A stretch of 64,000 nucleotides of DNA, from contig CAVXJS010000017.1 of assembly GCA_963762145.1 (NCBI GenBank), forward strand, positions 32,001 to 96,000, given 5' to 3'. Under the pieces are notes generated by a model that ran no database searches, was not told the origin of the DNA, and saw only the letters and a list, made by a program, of their open reading frames with translations. This DNA is from an uncultured Candidatus Rokubacteria bacterium (GTDB taxonomy: Bacteria; Methylomirabilota; Methylomirabilia; Rokubacteriales; CSP1-6). Both the position numbers and the translations under genes were made by a program. Below are positions 38,594 through 48,814 of this stretch, one piece after another; positions within the stretch are counted from its first letter, which is position 1; every line of letters starts with the position of its first letter.

Positions 38594-39307
38594 CTACGCG
38601 TTCCGCTCCACCGGCACCTGGCGCCCCGGAAACTCGAAGAGCCGACATTCCCGACGCTCGAGATCCAGGGAGGCGTACGTCCGACGCCGCATGCAGTCGC
38701 CGGTGTTGAGGTAGACCCCGCCTCCGCGAAACTCGACGTGCCGCGCGACGTGAGTGTGGCCGAAGACGACGACATCGTAGCCGCCGCGTACGTGCGCCCG
38801 GGCGGCCTCCACGTGCACCGCGCCGCTGTCCTTGACGTACATCTCGTAGTCCATGCGATAGCTGTAGTTGTAGAGCTCTGGGAGCCCCATGCGCTTGAGC
38901 CGGTAGGTGAGCCACATGTAGAGCTCGACGAGGCGGATCCGGAGCGAGCTCTGGTAGGGGGATTCGTTCTCGTGGCCATGGGACAGCAGGATGCGGAAGT
39001 CCTTGTCCCCGCGCTCGGTGCGGGACGGAATGCCGCCCGCGCGCCAGGCCGCCATGTCGTGATTCCCGGTCAGGATCGTGTACCGGCTGGACCGGAAGCG
39101 GTCCGTGATGTCGCGGTACTGCCGATCGAAGCGATCGTATTCCGCGAGCCCCTTCCAGGGCAGGGCGGGGTAGTAACACTCGAGCACGTCTCCGAGGAGA
39201 ATGATCTCATCGTGCTCCCGCTCGAGATGGTCCAGGAAGCCGGCGAGGCCGTCGGGCTGGAATTCCTCGGCGCCGATGTGCAGATCGGAGATGACCGCGA
39301 TGCGCAT
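38594..39307 (-). CDS. Calcineurin-like metallophosphoesterase (LpxH-like)
   Basis: ISDLH, LGD, GNHD, HGH, FGHTH, NTGD. Confidence 0.9.
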   Translation of the reverse strand: MRIAVISDLHIGAEEFQPDGLAGFLDHLEREHDEIILLGDVLECYYPALPWKGLAEYDRFDRQYRDITDRFRSSRYTILTGNHDMAAWRAGGIPSRTERGDKDFRILLSHGHENESPYQSSLRIRLVELYMWLTYRLKRMGLPELYNYSYRMDYEMYVKDSGAVHVEAARAHVRGGYDVVVFGHTHVARHVEFRGGGVYLNTGDCMRRRTYASLDLERRECRLFEFPGRQVPVERNA

Positions 39308-39343
39308 GGCGACTACCCGGCCACCGCCTGGAGTCGACCTCCG

Positions 39344-40657
39344 TTACTTGACGAACGTCAGGCTGCAGGGGCGGGCGTCGTCGTTGCGATTGCCGGCCCC
39401 GCGGGTGTCCTCGAAGACGGCGTCGACGCGATAGGCGTAGGCCGCGCCCTGCGCCCCCTTGACCGCGTTCCGCGAATCGCCCACCGTCCCGCGGGCGTCG
39501 AGGCTGGCCTTCCCGTCCGGCTGGATCTTCCCGCTGAGCATCAGCGAGCCCGGCTGGCCGGCGTCGCCCAGCTGCGCCACCAGCGCCCCTTCCTTCACCT
39601 GTGCGGTCAGCCGTCTCGTATAGGCAGAGGCGGTCCCGTGGGCCGGGCAGTGGACCGTGACGTTCCAGGCGCCGTCGAAGCGCGTGAGAGCCGGCGCCCG
39701 GGGCGGCTGACTCACGCTGGCCAGCCGCTGGCGGGCCAGCGTGGCGAACGTCCCCTGCGGATATTGCTTGAGGTAGGCCTCGAATCCCGCGGGATCGGGG
39801 CTGTCCTTGATCGACATCCAGAACAGGCCCTCGCGATCGGGCGCCGGCGCGGGTGCCGACACCGCCGCGGTCGTCACGTTGACGGTCACGTTGACGACGA
39901 GGTCTCCGGTGAGCGAGGAGGATTCCCACGGTGTCTGGGCACCCTTCGACCGGCGGGCGACGTTGATCCGGACCCGCTTGAACACCTCCTCGATCTTGAG
40001 GCCGGGCTCGCGCAGCGCCTCCAGCAGCTCCTCGGTGTAGAGCCCGTTCTTGCCGTCCCCGTCCGCCGCCACCGATCCCGGCGCGGTGGCGTACGCCACC
40101 AGCGTGCCCCGCGCCGCGTCGACTGCGGCGAGGCCCCGGGAGGCGCCACGCATCCGGCGCTCGAAGGGGTTGTTGCGGCAGGCATCGAGCACCACGATGT
40201 TGACGCGATTCTTCGCCTCGGCCATCTGCTCGAGCAGCAGCTCCACGTCGACGGCGGCGACTCGGGTGGAGGCCTCGTCCTCGATGTCGGCGTCGACCGG
40301 CACGAGGTAGTTGCGCCCGCGGACCTGCAGCCCGTGGCCCGCGTAGTAGAAGGCGCCGACGCCGCCCTCGGCGAGGCGACGCCCGAACTCGACGATCGCC
40401 GCCTCCATCGTGCGCTTGATGGCGTTCTCGTGGACGAGGACGGTGAAGCCGAGCTCCTTGAGCCGCTGGGCCATCGCCCGCACGTCGTTCACCGGGTTGC
40501 GCAAGGGAGACTCGCGGTAGGCGCTGTTGCCGATCAGCAGGGCGAGCCGGGGCTCCTCGCGCGGCGCCTGGGCCGGGACGGACGACGCCAGGGCGAGGAT
40601 CCCCAGGGCGACGGCGGAGACCGTCCCGAGGCGCCGCCACCCGCTCACATTCGGCAT
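39344..40657 (-). CDS. Exported caspase-like (C14) domain protein
   Basis: Signal peptide, ALLIGNSAY, YYAGHG, LDACRNNP, YLKQYPQG linker, C-terminal beta domain. Confidence 0.9.
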   Translation of the reverse strand: MPNVSGWRRLGTVSAVALGILALASSVPAQAPREEPRLALLIGNSAYRESPLRNPVNDVRAMAQRLKELGFTVLVHENAIKRTMEAAIVEFGRRLAEGGVGAFYYAGHGLQVRGRNYLVPVDADIEDEASTRVAAVDVELLLEQMAEAKNRVNIVVLDACRNNPFERRMRGASRGLAAVDAARGTLVAYATAPGSVAADGDGKNGLYTEELLEALREPGLKIEEVFKRVRINVARRSKGAQTPWESSSLTGDLVVNVTVNVTTAAVSAPAPAPDREGLFWMSIKDSPDPAGFEAYLKQYPQGTFATLARQRLASVSQPPRAPALTRFDGAWNVTVHCPAHGTASAYTRRLTAQVKEGALVAQLGDAGQPGSLMLSGKIQPDGKASLDARGTVGDSRNAVKGAQGAAYAYRVDAVFEDTRGAGNRNDDARPCSLTFVK

Positions 40658-40772
40658 CCGGTCCTCCCCCTCGCGACAAGAAGATGAGCCTGAACGACGA
40701 TACCATCGCACATTCTCTGCAGGGCGGGTTTTGAACGTGGCACCAGCAGCGGATCTGCTAGGCTGAGGCCCC

Positions 40773-41522
40773 GTGTTCACGCTCCTGCCCATCGCCGCGC
40801 TGGGATTCTTCCTCGGGATCCGTCACGCGACCGACCCGGACCACGTGATCGCGGTGAGCACGATCGTGAGCCGCGAGGGCCGCGTCCAGACCGCCGCCCT
40901 GATCGGGGTGCTGTGGGGGATCGGCCACACCTGCACGATCCTGCTGGTGGGGGGCGGCATCGTATTGTTCGAGGTGGTCATCCCGGCGCGGGTGGGTCTC
41001 ACCATGGAGCTCACGGTGGCCCTCATGCTGGTGTTCCTCGGTGGAGCCACCGTGATCGGGATCCTCCGGCCGCGGGGGCACCATCACGTCCACGGCGATT
41101 ACGTCCACGCGCATCCGCACGGACATCCGCGGACCGACCACGGCCACGGCGAGCAGGAGACGCCGCTGGCCCGGCTCGACCGGCGATTCGGTCGGCTCGG
41201 CCTCTACCACGCGGTGCGCCCGTTCGTGGTGGGCGTGGTGCACGGGCTCGCGGGGTCCGCCGCGGTGGCCCTGCTGGTGGTCGCGACCATTCACGACGCG
41301 GTACTCTCCCTGGCCTATCTGCTCGTGTTCGGCGTCGGGACGATCGTGGGCATGATGCTGATCACGGTGGCGATCGCGCTCCCCTTCGCCTACACCGCCC
41401 GGCGACTGCTCGGCGTGAACCGATCGCTGGCCCTCGCGGCCGGGCTGCTCAGCGTCGCCTTCGGGCTCTTCCTCACGTACCAGATCGGCTTCGTGGACGG
41501 CCTCTTCACGGGTCGGGGGTGA
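40773..41522 (+). CDS. High-affinity Ni/Co transporter (NiCoT/HoxN/UreH-like)
   Basis: GIRHATDPDH, WGIGH, His-rich loop, VHGLAGSAA. Confidence 0.88.
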   Translation: MFTLLPIAALGFFLGIRHATDPDHVIAVSTIVSREGRVQTAALIGVLWGIGHTCTILLVGGGIVLFEVVIPARVGLTMELTVALMLVFLGGATVIGILRPRGHHHVHGDYVHAHPHGHPRTDHGHGEQETPLARLDRRFGRLGLYHAVRPFVVGVVHGLAGSAAVALLVVATIHDAVLSLAYLLVFGVGTIVGMMLITVAIALPFAYTARRLLGVNRSLALAAGLLSVAFGLFLTYQIGFVDGLFTGRG

Positions 41523-41608
41523 AGCGTCCGGACAAGGACCGCGGGCCTTCCGAATTTGCTATGCTCCGGCCGCGGGCGTGGCGACAGAGCTCGCGGAGGA
41601 GGATCTGC

Positions 41609-42349
41609 GTGGGGAATCCAGAAGGTCTCGATCGCCGAGCGTTCATCCGGGCCGCGGGAGTGGCGGGCGCCGGCGCGCTGGTAGGCGCGGTGCTCCCGGC
41701 CCGCATCGCCTGGGCCGCCTCGCTGACCAAGGCGGAGCGCGACCGGATGACGCCGGACGACGTCATCCAGCTCATGAAGAAGGGCAACGAGCGCTTCCGG
41801 ACCGGGCAGAGGACGACGCAGGACTTCCTGGCGCAGCAGAGAGCGAGTGCGAAGGGGCAGTATCCGGCCGCGGTGCTCCTGAGCTGCATCGATTCCCGGG
41901 CGTCCGCGGAGACGATCCTGGATCTCGGCATCGGCGACGTGTTCAACACGCGCGTGGCCGGCAACGTCGTCAACGACGACGTCCTGGGGAGCCTGGAGTT
42001 CGCCTGCAAGGTATCCGGCGCGAAGGTCGTGCTGGTGATGGGCCACACCGCGTGCGGCGCGATCAAGGGCGCCATCGATCGGGTCCAGCTCGGCAACCTC
42101 ACCGGTCTGCTCGCGAAGATCCAGCCGGCGGTGGACGCCACCCCGTATCAAGGCGAGCGCTCCGCGAAGAACTACACCTTCGTGGACGCGGTCGCCCGGA
42201 AGAATGTCGAGCTCGCCATGGCCGAGATCCACAGCCGTAGCGCGGTGATCGCCGAGCTCGAGACCAAGGGCGTGGTCAAGATCGCCGGGGCGATGTACAA
42301 CCTGGAGTCGGCGGTGGTCGACTTCCTGCGCCCGGCCTCCGGACGATAG
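41609..42349 (+). CDS. Tat-exported beta-class carbonic anhydrase
   Basis: GGAGGAGG RBS with GTG 41609; DRRAFI Tat motif, GNERF, SCIDSR, RVAGN, GHTACGA. Confidence 0.92.
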   Translation: MGNPEGLDRRAFIRAAGVAGAGALVGAVLPARIAWAASLTKAERDRMTPDDVIQLMKKGNERFRTGQRTTQDFLAQQRASAKGQYPAAVLLSCIDSRASAETILDLGIGDVFNTRVAGNVVNDDVLGSLEFACKVSGAKVVLVMGHTACGAIKGAIDRVQLGNLTGLLAKIQPAVDATPYQGERSAKNYTFVDAVARKNVELAMAEIHSRSAVIAELETKGVVKIAGAMYNLESAVVDFLRPASGR

Positions 42350-42355
42350 CGCCTC

Positions 42356-42733
42356 CTATTTTTGTATCGCGAAGTCTTCCAGCTCGAAGATCTGCCGGAT
42401 CTCGATCACGTCTCCGTCACTCGCCGGGCACCGCTGCGCCCACTTCATGACCTCTTCCTTCGACTTCGCCTCGACCAGCCAATAGCCACCGAGCACTTCC
42501 TTTGTCTCGATGAAGGGGCCGTCGGTCACGGTTGGCTTTCCCTTTGCGAAGGATACCCGGGCGCCCGTCGTGACCGGGTGGAGGCCGTTCAACGACAATA
42601 TCTTGACGGACTTGGCCATTTCATCGTTGAAGCGGCCCATCTCGGCCACCTTCTCGGGATCGGGCACAAACCCGGGATCCACCTTCTTGCCGCCCTGGTA
42701 AACGGCTGGAATCATCAGCATCATGAATTTCAT
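42356..42733 (-). CDS. YciI/DGPF family protein
   Basis: VTDGPFIETKEVLGGYW, IEIRQ. Confidence 0.92.
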   Translation of the reverse strand: MKFMMLMIPAVYQGGKKVDPGFVPDPEKVAEMGRFNDEMAKSVKILSLNGLHPVTTGARVSFAKGKPTVTDGPFIETKEVLGGYWLVEAKSKEEVMKWAQRCPASDGDVIEIRQIFELEDFAIQK

Positions 42734-42799
42734 CGTATGTCTCCTTGGTCGCAATTGATCCTTCACTCATGTCGGCACCCCCAGCGTTCGACATTCGCG

Positions 42800-43807
42800 T
42801 CAAACGTATGGCAGGACGCGGTCGCCGAAGAGCCGGATCGCCTCCATGATCTTGTCGTGGGGCGGCCCACCCGAATGGGCGTGGCGGAGCCGGAGCAAGA
42901 ACGTGCTCGCGCCGGTGGCCTTCTGCCAGCGCTGGAATTCCCGGATGCAGGTGTCGGGGTCCCCCAGGATCAGGCGATCCGGGGCGAGAGTGTCCAGGGT
43001 GAACTCCGAGTCGGCGGAGAGGTTGCGGAACTCGGCCAGGCGATTCTCCCAGTAGTAGCGGTAGGCGGTCATCACGTGCGGGCCGTAGACGGCGTCGGCC
43101 TCGGCGCGCGAGCGAGCGACCCACGCATCCCGCATCTGGACGACCTCGGCCGGCCGGCGGGCCTCGCGCGCGGCTTCCTTGTAGACGTCGGCGAGACGCG
43201 TCGCGTTCGCCAGACCGGTGCTGGGCGTGCCGACGAAGCCGTCGGCGATCCGGCCGGCCCGGCGGGCGGCCGCGTCGATGCTGGCGCCGATCCACAGTGG
43301 CGGCCCCGACTTCTGGTAGGGACGGGGACGGATCTGGACGTCCTCGAGCGTGTAGTGCTTGCCGTGGAACGAGAACGGCTCGCCCGCCCAGCAGCGGCGC
43401 AGGATCTCGATGCTCTCCTCGAACCGCCCGGCGCGGTCCTCCATGGGGACGGAGAACGCGCGGAAGTCGGCGGGCTGATAGCCGATGCCCACGCCCAGGA
43501 TGACCCGCCCCTTGGAGACGAGGTCGAGCGTGATGACGTCCTCGGCCACGTGCACCGGATGATGGAGCGGCAGCAGGATCACCGAGGTGCCGACCCGCAG
43601 CCGCGTCGTGCGGGCGGCCACCGCGGTGGCCACGATCAGCGGCGAGGGGAGGAACCCGTCCTGGTCCTGGTGGTGCTCGCCGAAGAAGCAGGAGTCGAAG
43701 CCGCTGGCCTCGGCCAGCTGGGCCTCGGCGATGACCTCGTCGATGCAGCGATCGAGCTGCTCGCCCCGCGGCGGATTGGCGATCGAGCTGTAGAGGCCGA
43801 ATTTCAT
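42800..43807 (-). CDS. LLM class flavin-dependent oxidoreductase
   Basis: FGEHH, TTRLRVGTSV, HPVHVAED, SKGRVILGVGIG. Confidence 0.92.
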   Translation of the reverse strand: MKFGLYSSIANPPRGEQLDRCIDEVIAEAQLAEASGFDSCFFGEHHQDQDGFLPSPLIVATAVAARTTRLRVGTSVILLPLHHPVHVAEDVITLDLVSKGRVILGVGIGYQPADFRAFSVPMEDRAGRFEESIEILRRCWAGEPFSFHGKHYTLEDVQIRPRPYQKSGPPLWIGASIDAAARRAGRIADGFVGTPSTGLANATRLADVYKEAAREARRPAEVVQMRDAWVARSRAEADAVYGPHVMTAYRYYWENRLAEFRNLSADSEFTLDTLAPDRLILGDPDTCIREFQRWQKATGASTFLLRLRHAHSGGPPHDKIMEAIRLFGDRVLPYV

Positions 43808-43815
43808 GGCGCCGC

Positions 43816-45468
43816 TCAGGCCGCGACCTTCATGCGGCAGAAGCAGGAGGCCTTCACCGGCACCTCCGACCGGGCCTGCGCCAGGTCGAGGCGCTGCTTG
43901 ATCAGGGCGGCCTCCACCGTCTCGCCGCGCCGGGTCAGGCATTCGTGCAGGCCGTGCAGGCTCCAGAGGTTGTCGGGATGCTGGCAGGCGCGGCTGAGCT
44001 TGCCGTCGAGGCCGAGATCCGAGCGGTAGATCGCCTCGGCCTCGGCGACCCGGTCCTGCTCCAGCAAGAGCGCGCCGAGCGCGTGGCGGGTCGGCTGCAT
44101 CCAGCCCCACGGCTCGTCGTAGGGCAGCGCGTCGTCGAGCTCGACCGAGCGGCGCAGATGGGCGAAAGCGACCTCGTGGTTTCCGCGCCGGTACTCCAGC
44201 TCGCCGTTCAGCATCTCCTCGGCCACCGCCAGCAGGTCCCGGACGGTATTGTTGTGCACCCGCCGGCTCTCCGGCACCCGCCGCTTCGCCTCGATGAACG
44301 CCGCCTTGGCCGTCTCGGCCTGGGCGATGTGGCCGAGCGCCGAATGGGCCACCGCCTGGGCGTAGAGCATCATCGCGACGGTCGAGCAGTAGAGCTCGCG
44401 GTCACGCGGCAGCTCCTGGGCGATGATCTCCTGCCACTTCCCGAAGCGCACCAGCACGTGCTGCTTCACCGACAGATAGCCCTCGACGAAATCGGCCATC
44501 GGCGGCGAGGGGATGCGCAGGAGCGCCTCCGGCGTGGTGTCGATCAGCTCCTGCGCCGCCTCCATGGCCGCCCCGTACTGGCCGAGGAACATGGCCCCGT
44601 AGACCGCGAAGTGGTAGTCGTGCGTGCGGTAGAGCGCGTAGACGTTCAGCGCCCCCTCGCGGGCCAGGAACTTGCGGTCGACCGCGATCGCCTTCTGGTT
44701 GTAGACCAGCACGTCGCGGTAGTGGCCGCAGAGCACGTCGATGTGGGTCGGCATGTGGATCAGGTGCCCGGCATCCGGCACCAGATCGCGCAGCCGGTCG
44801 CCCGCCCGCAGCGCGCGCTGCGGGAAGGGCGACATCTCCATCAGGTGAACGTAGAGATGCAGGAGCCCCGGGTGGCTCCACGAGGCGGGGATGTCGCGGA
44901 AGGCGCTCTCCAGCGCCTCGACCGCTTCCGCCGTGCCGGCACCGTCGGCGATGCCCCCGGTCTTGAGGTTCCACATCTGCCAGGGCGTCAGGTTCATGAT
45001 CGACTCGACGAAGACGTGGCGCACCTCGAGATCGTCGTGGTTGGCCCGGAACACCTCGCGCATGGCCTCCGCATAGGCGGCGTCCCACGGCGCCTGGTCC
45101 TCGATGGCCTCGCGCTGCGGATAGCGCGCGGGCAGGGCGCGGATCAGCGCCCGCTCGACCGGGCTGGCCCCGTCCGCATGGGCGAGCGCGCCCTGCATCG
45201 CGTCGTAGGCAGCGGCGAGCGCGGCGGCCTTGCCGGCCGGATCGTAGCGGTACCAGGGCAGGTTGTAGTTCGGCCCGGCCGCATAGGAGATGCCCCAGTA
45301 GGCCATGGCGCAGTCGGGGTCGAGCGCCAGGACCTTCTCGAAGCAGGCGATCGCCTCGGCGTGGTTGAAGCCGAAGAGCCAGTTGAGGCCCCGGTCGAAC
45401 CAGAGCTGGGCGTCGGGCACGGCGGTCGTGACCTTGCGGGTGTACGAGCCGAGGTCGTAGTAGTCCAT
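43816..45468 (-). CDS. TPR-containing conserved protein with His motifs
   Basis: AQLWFDRGL..FNHAEA, HPGLLHLYVHLME, GHLIHMPTHI, YDEPW. Confidence 0.8.
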   Translation of the reverse strand: MDYYDLGSYTRKVTTAVPDAQLWFDRGLNWLFGFNHAEAIACFEKVLALDPDCAMAYWGISYAAGPNYNLPWYRYDPAGKAAALAAAYDAMQGALAHADGASPVERALIRALPARYPQREAIEDQAPWDAAYAEAMREVFRANHDDLEVRHVFVESIMNLTPWQMWNLKTGGIADGAGTAEAVEALESAFRDIPASWSHPGLLHLYVHLMEMSPFPQRALRAGDRLRDLVPDAGHLIHMPTHIDVLCGHYRDVLVYNQKAIAVDRKFLAREGALNVYALYRTHDYHFAVYGAMFLGQYGAAMEAAQELIDTTPEALLRIPSPPMADFVEGYLSVKQHVLVRFGKWQEIIAQELPRDRELYCSTVAMMLYAQAVAHSALGHIAQAETAKAAFIEAKRRVPESRRVHNNTVRDLLAVAEEMLNGELEYRRGNHEVAFAHLRRSVELDDALPYDEPWGWMQPTRHALGALLLEQDRVAEAEAIYRSDLGLDGKLSRACQHPDNLWSLHGLHECLTRRGETVEAALIKQRLDLAQARSEVPVKASCFCRMKVAA

Positions 45469-45765
45469 GTGATCCTCCATGACGGCGGAGTGGCGGCGAC
45501 GATCCGACTCAATGGGGTCTTCCGGCCCGGCCGATTATGCCACGAGGACGGCGGCAGGCGTACCGGGCGCCCTCACGACGCAGGCATCGCGAGGCAGCAT
45601 AGGCAGGTGCATTCTTCTCGCACCCGCGTCGAACCTCGTGTCGATCCAGGGCAGATCTGGGCTACAGAAGAATTCCGCCAGCAGCTCTTCCAAAGGCCGT
45701 CACTCTGGCGAACCAACTCTGGTACCCGGACCAGGGGACGGTTGTCCCCGAGGGCACGTTCGTCC

Positions 45766-47430
45766 CTAACGGTCGAGCCAGACGGCCATCATCCGCCCAC
45801 CGTAGTCGAAGCCGTTGTTGGGCCCGTAGTTCTTCACGTAAGGTTCCCACGCCGACACGACTCTCTGCGAGGCGTCGTAGAGATAGTAGGCGTGGTGTGC
45901 CGCGTGGCGCTGGATGTCGAAGATGAGGTCGCGGCGTTTCTTCTCGTCGAAGGTGCGCCGCTGGAGCCGGAGCATCTCGGTGAGCTTGGGGTCGTCGACA
46001 CCCGCGGCGTTGAGCGGCTGGCCCGGCATGAAGGTCCGGTAGAGGTAAGCGTCCGGGTCGATCCAGGCTCCCCGCAGGCCGAACATCATCTTGTCGAACT
46101 TGCCGTAGATCGTGCTGGAGATGTAGGCGCCGTACTCCTTGAGCTTGAGATCGGTGTCCATCCCCGCCGCCTTGTAGTTCTTGAGGGCGATGCTCATGCG
46201 GTCCACGTAATCCGGACCGTAGCCGGCCGTGCTCTCGCAGGACACCTTGAACCCGCTGGGAAGGCCGGCCTGGGCGAGGAGGCGCTTGGCGGCCGGGATG
46301 TCCTGCTCGTAGAGCTCGCGCCCTTCGGGGGTCAGCTCGGCAACCGGGATAGACCACTCCGCCGAGGCCGCGGGGACCGCCATGTTGGGGGCGCCCTGGC
46401 CGAGGGCGTGCGGGCTCGACTCGAGGAACTCCCGCCAGTTGCTCGCGCGCCCCATGGCCCGGCGCACGCGAACATCCTTGAAGGGCTCCTGGTCCAGCTT
46501 GACCGCCGTGTAGCCTCCGGTGAACCAGACGTACTCCGCGGTCTGGAGCCCGGTCTTGCGAGGCCGGGCGATGTCGAGATCGGTACGCCGGACGACCTGC
46601 TGGTACTCGGGCCCGAAGTCGTATTTTCCCGACAGCCACCCGGAGAAACGAGAAGCCGGGTCGGCATCGATGGTGAGATCCACTCCGTCCACGTGCGGCA
46701 GGCCCGCCACGAAATAGTGGGGGTGGCGGACGAAGGTCATGCGCACGTTAGGTTCGTGGCGCTCGAGCATGAACGGTCCGGTGCCGATCGCCGCCTCCGC
46801 CTTCCTGAGATCGCCGAACTTCTCCACCGCCTCCCTCGCGATGATCCACGTGGAGGTGGCGGCGAGGGCGTCCATGAACCACGCGAAGGGCTCGGACAGG
46901 GTGAACTTCACGGTGTAGCGATCCACCGCCTCGATGCGGTCCACCATCTCGAGCACGGGACGGTTGCCATTCCCCTTGATGGTGAGGAAGCGCTCGTACG
47001 TGTACTTGACGTCCTCGGCCGTGAGCTCCCGACCATTGACGGGCGGCTTCGGGTGCCAGCGGACGCCCTTCCTGAGCTTGAAGACGTAGGTGGTGTCGCT
47101 GGGCTGAGTCCAGGACTCGGCCAGGTCCGTCTCCACCGGATAGGTGCCGGGCTTCACCATTGGGCCCGCCTTGACCTTCATGAGGCGACTGTAGATGAAG
47201 GAGAGGGGGATCATGGTCGCGAAGGAGATGGTCTGATGCGGGTCTAGCCCGACCGGATCGAGCTGGTGGGCAAGGCGAAGGACGCCCCCTCGCTTGGGCA
47301 TCTGGGCGACGGCCGAGCGCGGGGCCGCAAGATCCGTGACCGCGATGACGCCTCCTGCCGCGACCGCGGTGGCGCCGAGCTTGAGAAGATCACGGCGAGT
47401 GGGGGCGGTGGAGTCAGGGGACCTGTCCAT
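45766..47430 (-). CDS. Tat-exported ABC peptide/nickel-type substrate-binding protein (family 5)
   Basis: TRRDLL, DLAESW, FKLRKGVRWH, IGTGPF. Confidence 0.92.
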   Translation of the reverse strand: MDRSPDSTAPTRRDLLKLGATAVAAGGVIAVTDLAAPRSAVAQMPKRGGVLRLAHQLDPVGLDPHQTISFATMIPLSFIYSRLMKVKAGPMVKPGTYPVETDLAESWTQPSDTTYVFKLRKGVRWHPKPPVNGRELTAEDVKYTYERFLTIKGNGNRPVLEMVDRIEAVDRYTVKFTLSEPFAWFMDALAATSTWIIAREAVEKFGDLRKAEAAIGTGPFMLERHEPNVRMTFVRHPHYFVAGLPHVDGVDLTIDADPASRFSGWLSGKYDFGPEYQQVVRRTDLDIARPRKTGLQTAEYVWFTGGYTAVKLDQEPFKDVRVRRAMGRASNWREFLESSPHALGQGAPNMAVPAASAEWSIPVAELTPEGRELYEQDIPAAKRLLAQAGLPSGFKVSCESTAGYGPDYVDRMSIALKNYKAAGMDTDLKLKEYGAYISSTIYGKFDKMMFGLRGAWIDPDAYLYRTFMPGQPLNAAGVDDPKLTEMLRLQRRTFDEKKRRDLIFDIQRHAAHHAYYLYDASQRVVSAWEPYVKNYGPNNGFDYGGRMMAVWLDR

Positions 47431-47685
47431 GGAGGCCTCCTTGTCTGGTTCGGGCGGTTCTCGGCGAGGTCTTGTCGGGGTCGTCGCTCCTCCGTGCCCT
47501 TCGGCTCGGCACGTGGGAATCGGGGCTGAGATTGCGGACACTCTGGGACGGGGCCCCGTCAATGTCAAGGGCACGCCCCGCGCGGTCCGTTTGACAAGCC
47601 GAGGGTCCGTCCCCTAACGTTGACCCAGCCAAACGCTTAGTCAACAGGTTGGCAGCGTACCGGAGTGGCAGCAGAGGAGCCGACG

Positions 47686-48814
47686 ATGGCTAAACCGATC
47701 ATATCCGCCGACTCGCACATCACGGAGCCGCCGGACACGTACACGGCCCGGATCGAGCGGCGCTTCAAGGACCGCGCGCCCCACGTCGTCCGCGACCCGA
47801 AGCGCGGGGACCTCTTCGTCATCGAGGGCATCGACAAGCCGATCCCGATGGGCCTGGTCGCCGCCGCCGGCAAGCCGGCGGAGGAGCTGACGAAGTTCGG
47901 CGCGCGCTTCGAGGACATGCACCGCGGCGGCTGGGACCCGGAGGCGCGCCTCGCGGACCAGGAGCGGGACGGCGTCGCGGCCGAGGTGCTCTACCCGACG
48001 GTCGGCATGATGCTGTGCAACCATCCCGACGTCGAGTTCAAGCAGGCGTGCTTCGACGCCTACAACCTGTGGATCGCCGAGTACTGCGCCACGCATCCGG
48101 ACCGGCTCATCGGGGTCGGGCCAGACCGCGGTGCGCTCGGTCGCCGACGGCATCCGCGACCTCGAGCGGATGAAGGCCCTCGGGCTCCGGGGCGTCATGA
48201 TGCCCGGCAATCCCGGCGTGGCCGACTACGACGACCCGATGTACGACCCGCTCTGGGAGGCGGCGGTGGATCTGGCCTGCCCGCTGAGCTTCCACATTCT
48301 CACGAGCCAGCAGCGACACGTTCCGGGTGCGCGGGTCCGAAGATCAACGCGTTCATGTCGATCATCCGCGGCTGCCAGGACATCATCGGCACGTTCATCT
48401 TCAGCGGCGTGTTCGAGCGCCAGCCGAGACTCCGGCTGGTGTGCGTCGAGGCCGACGCGGGCTGGGTACCCCACTTCATGTACCGCATGGACCACGCGTG
48501 GGAGCGTCACCGCTACTGGCTGACCGGAGGGCCGCTCACCCGGCTGCCGAGCGAGTACTTCCGCGAGCACATCTACGCCACGTTCCAGGACGACTGGGTG
48601 GCCTTCCAGGTGAAGGACCTCTGCAATATCCGCCGGCTCATGTGGGCGAACGACTTCCCGCACAGCGATTCCACGTGGCCGAATTCGCAGGCGGTGCTCG
48701 CGAAGCAGGCCGGCGCACCTCACCGAGGCGGAGCGCGACCTCATCCTCCACGACAACGTGGCCGAGCTCTACGGGCTCGGCGTCGGCGCGCCGACGGGCG
48801 GAGGCGCCTCGTGA
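47686..48814 (+). CDS. Amidohydrolase_2 family protein (frameshifts near 48120, 48320, 48710)
   Basis: ISADSH, DGVAAEVLYPT, YDPLWEAA...LSFHI (other frame), GVFER, PSEYF, MWANDFPHSDSTWP. Confidence 0.85.

Noticed and set aside
39344-40657. Caspase as an anti-phage/cell-death system
   Set aside because: It has a signal peptide and no neighbouring gasdermin, STAND or effector gene; a common exported C14 architecture.
42771-42793. ECF42-like promoter upstream of the YciI gene
   Set aside because: TGTCGA and CGAC are present on the minus strand but only 13 bp apart, too short to support a call.
43945-47247. 1100-aa plus-strand ORF (and similar long ORFs such as 38552-40687, 42362-44029, 59910-61796)
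   Set aside because: Antisense shadows of real genes caused by high-GC codon bias; no recognisable motifs.
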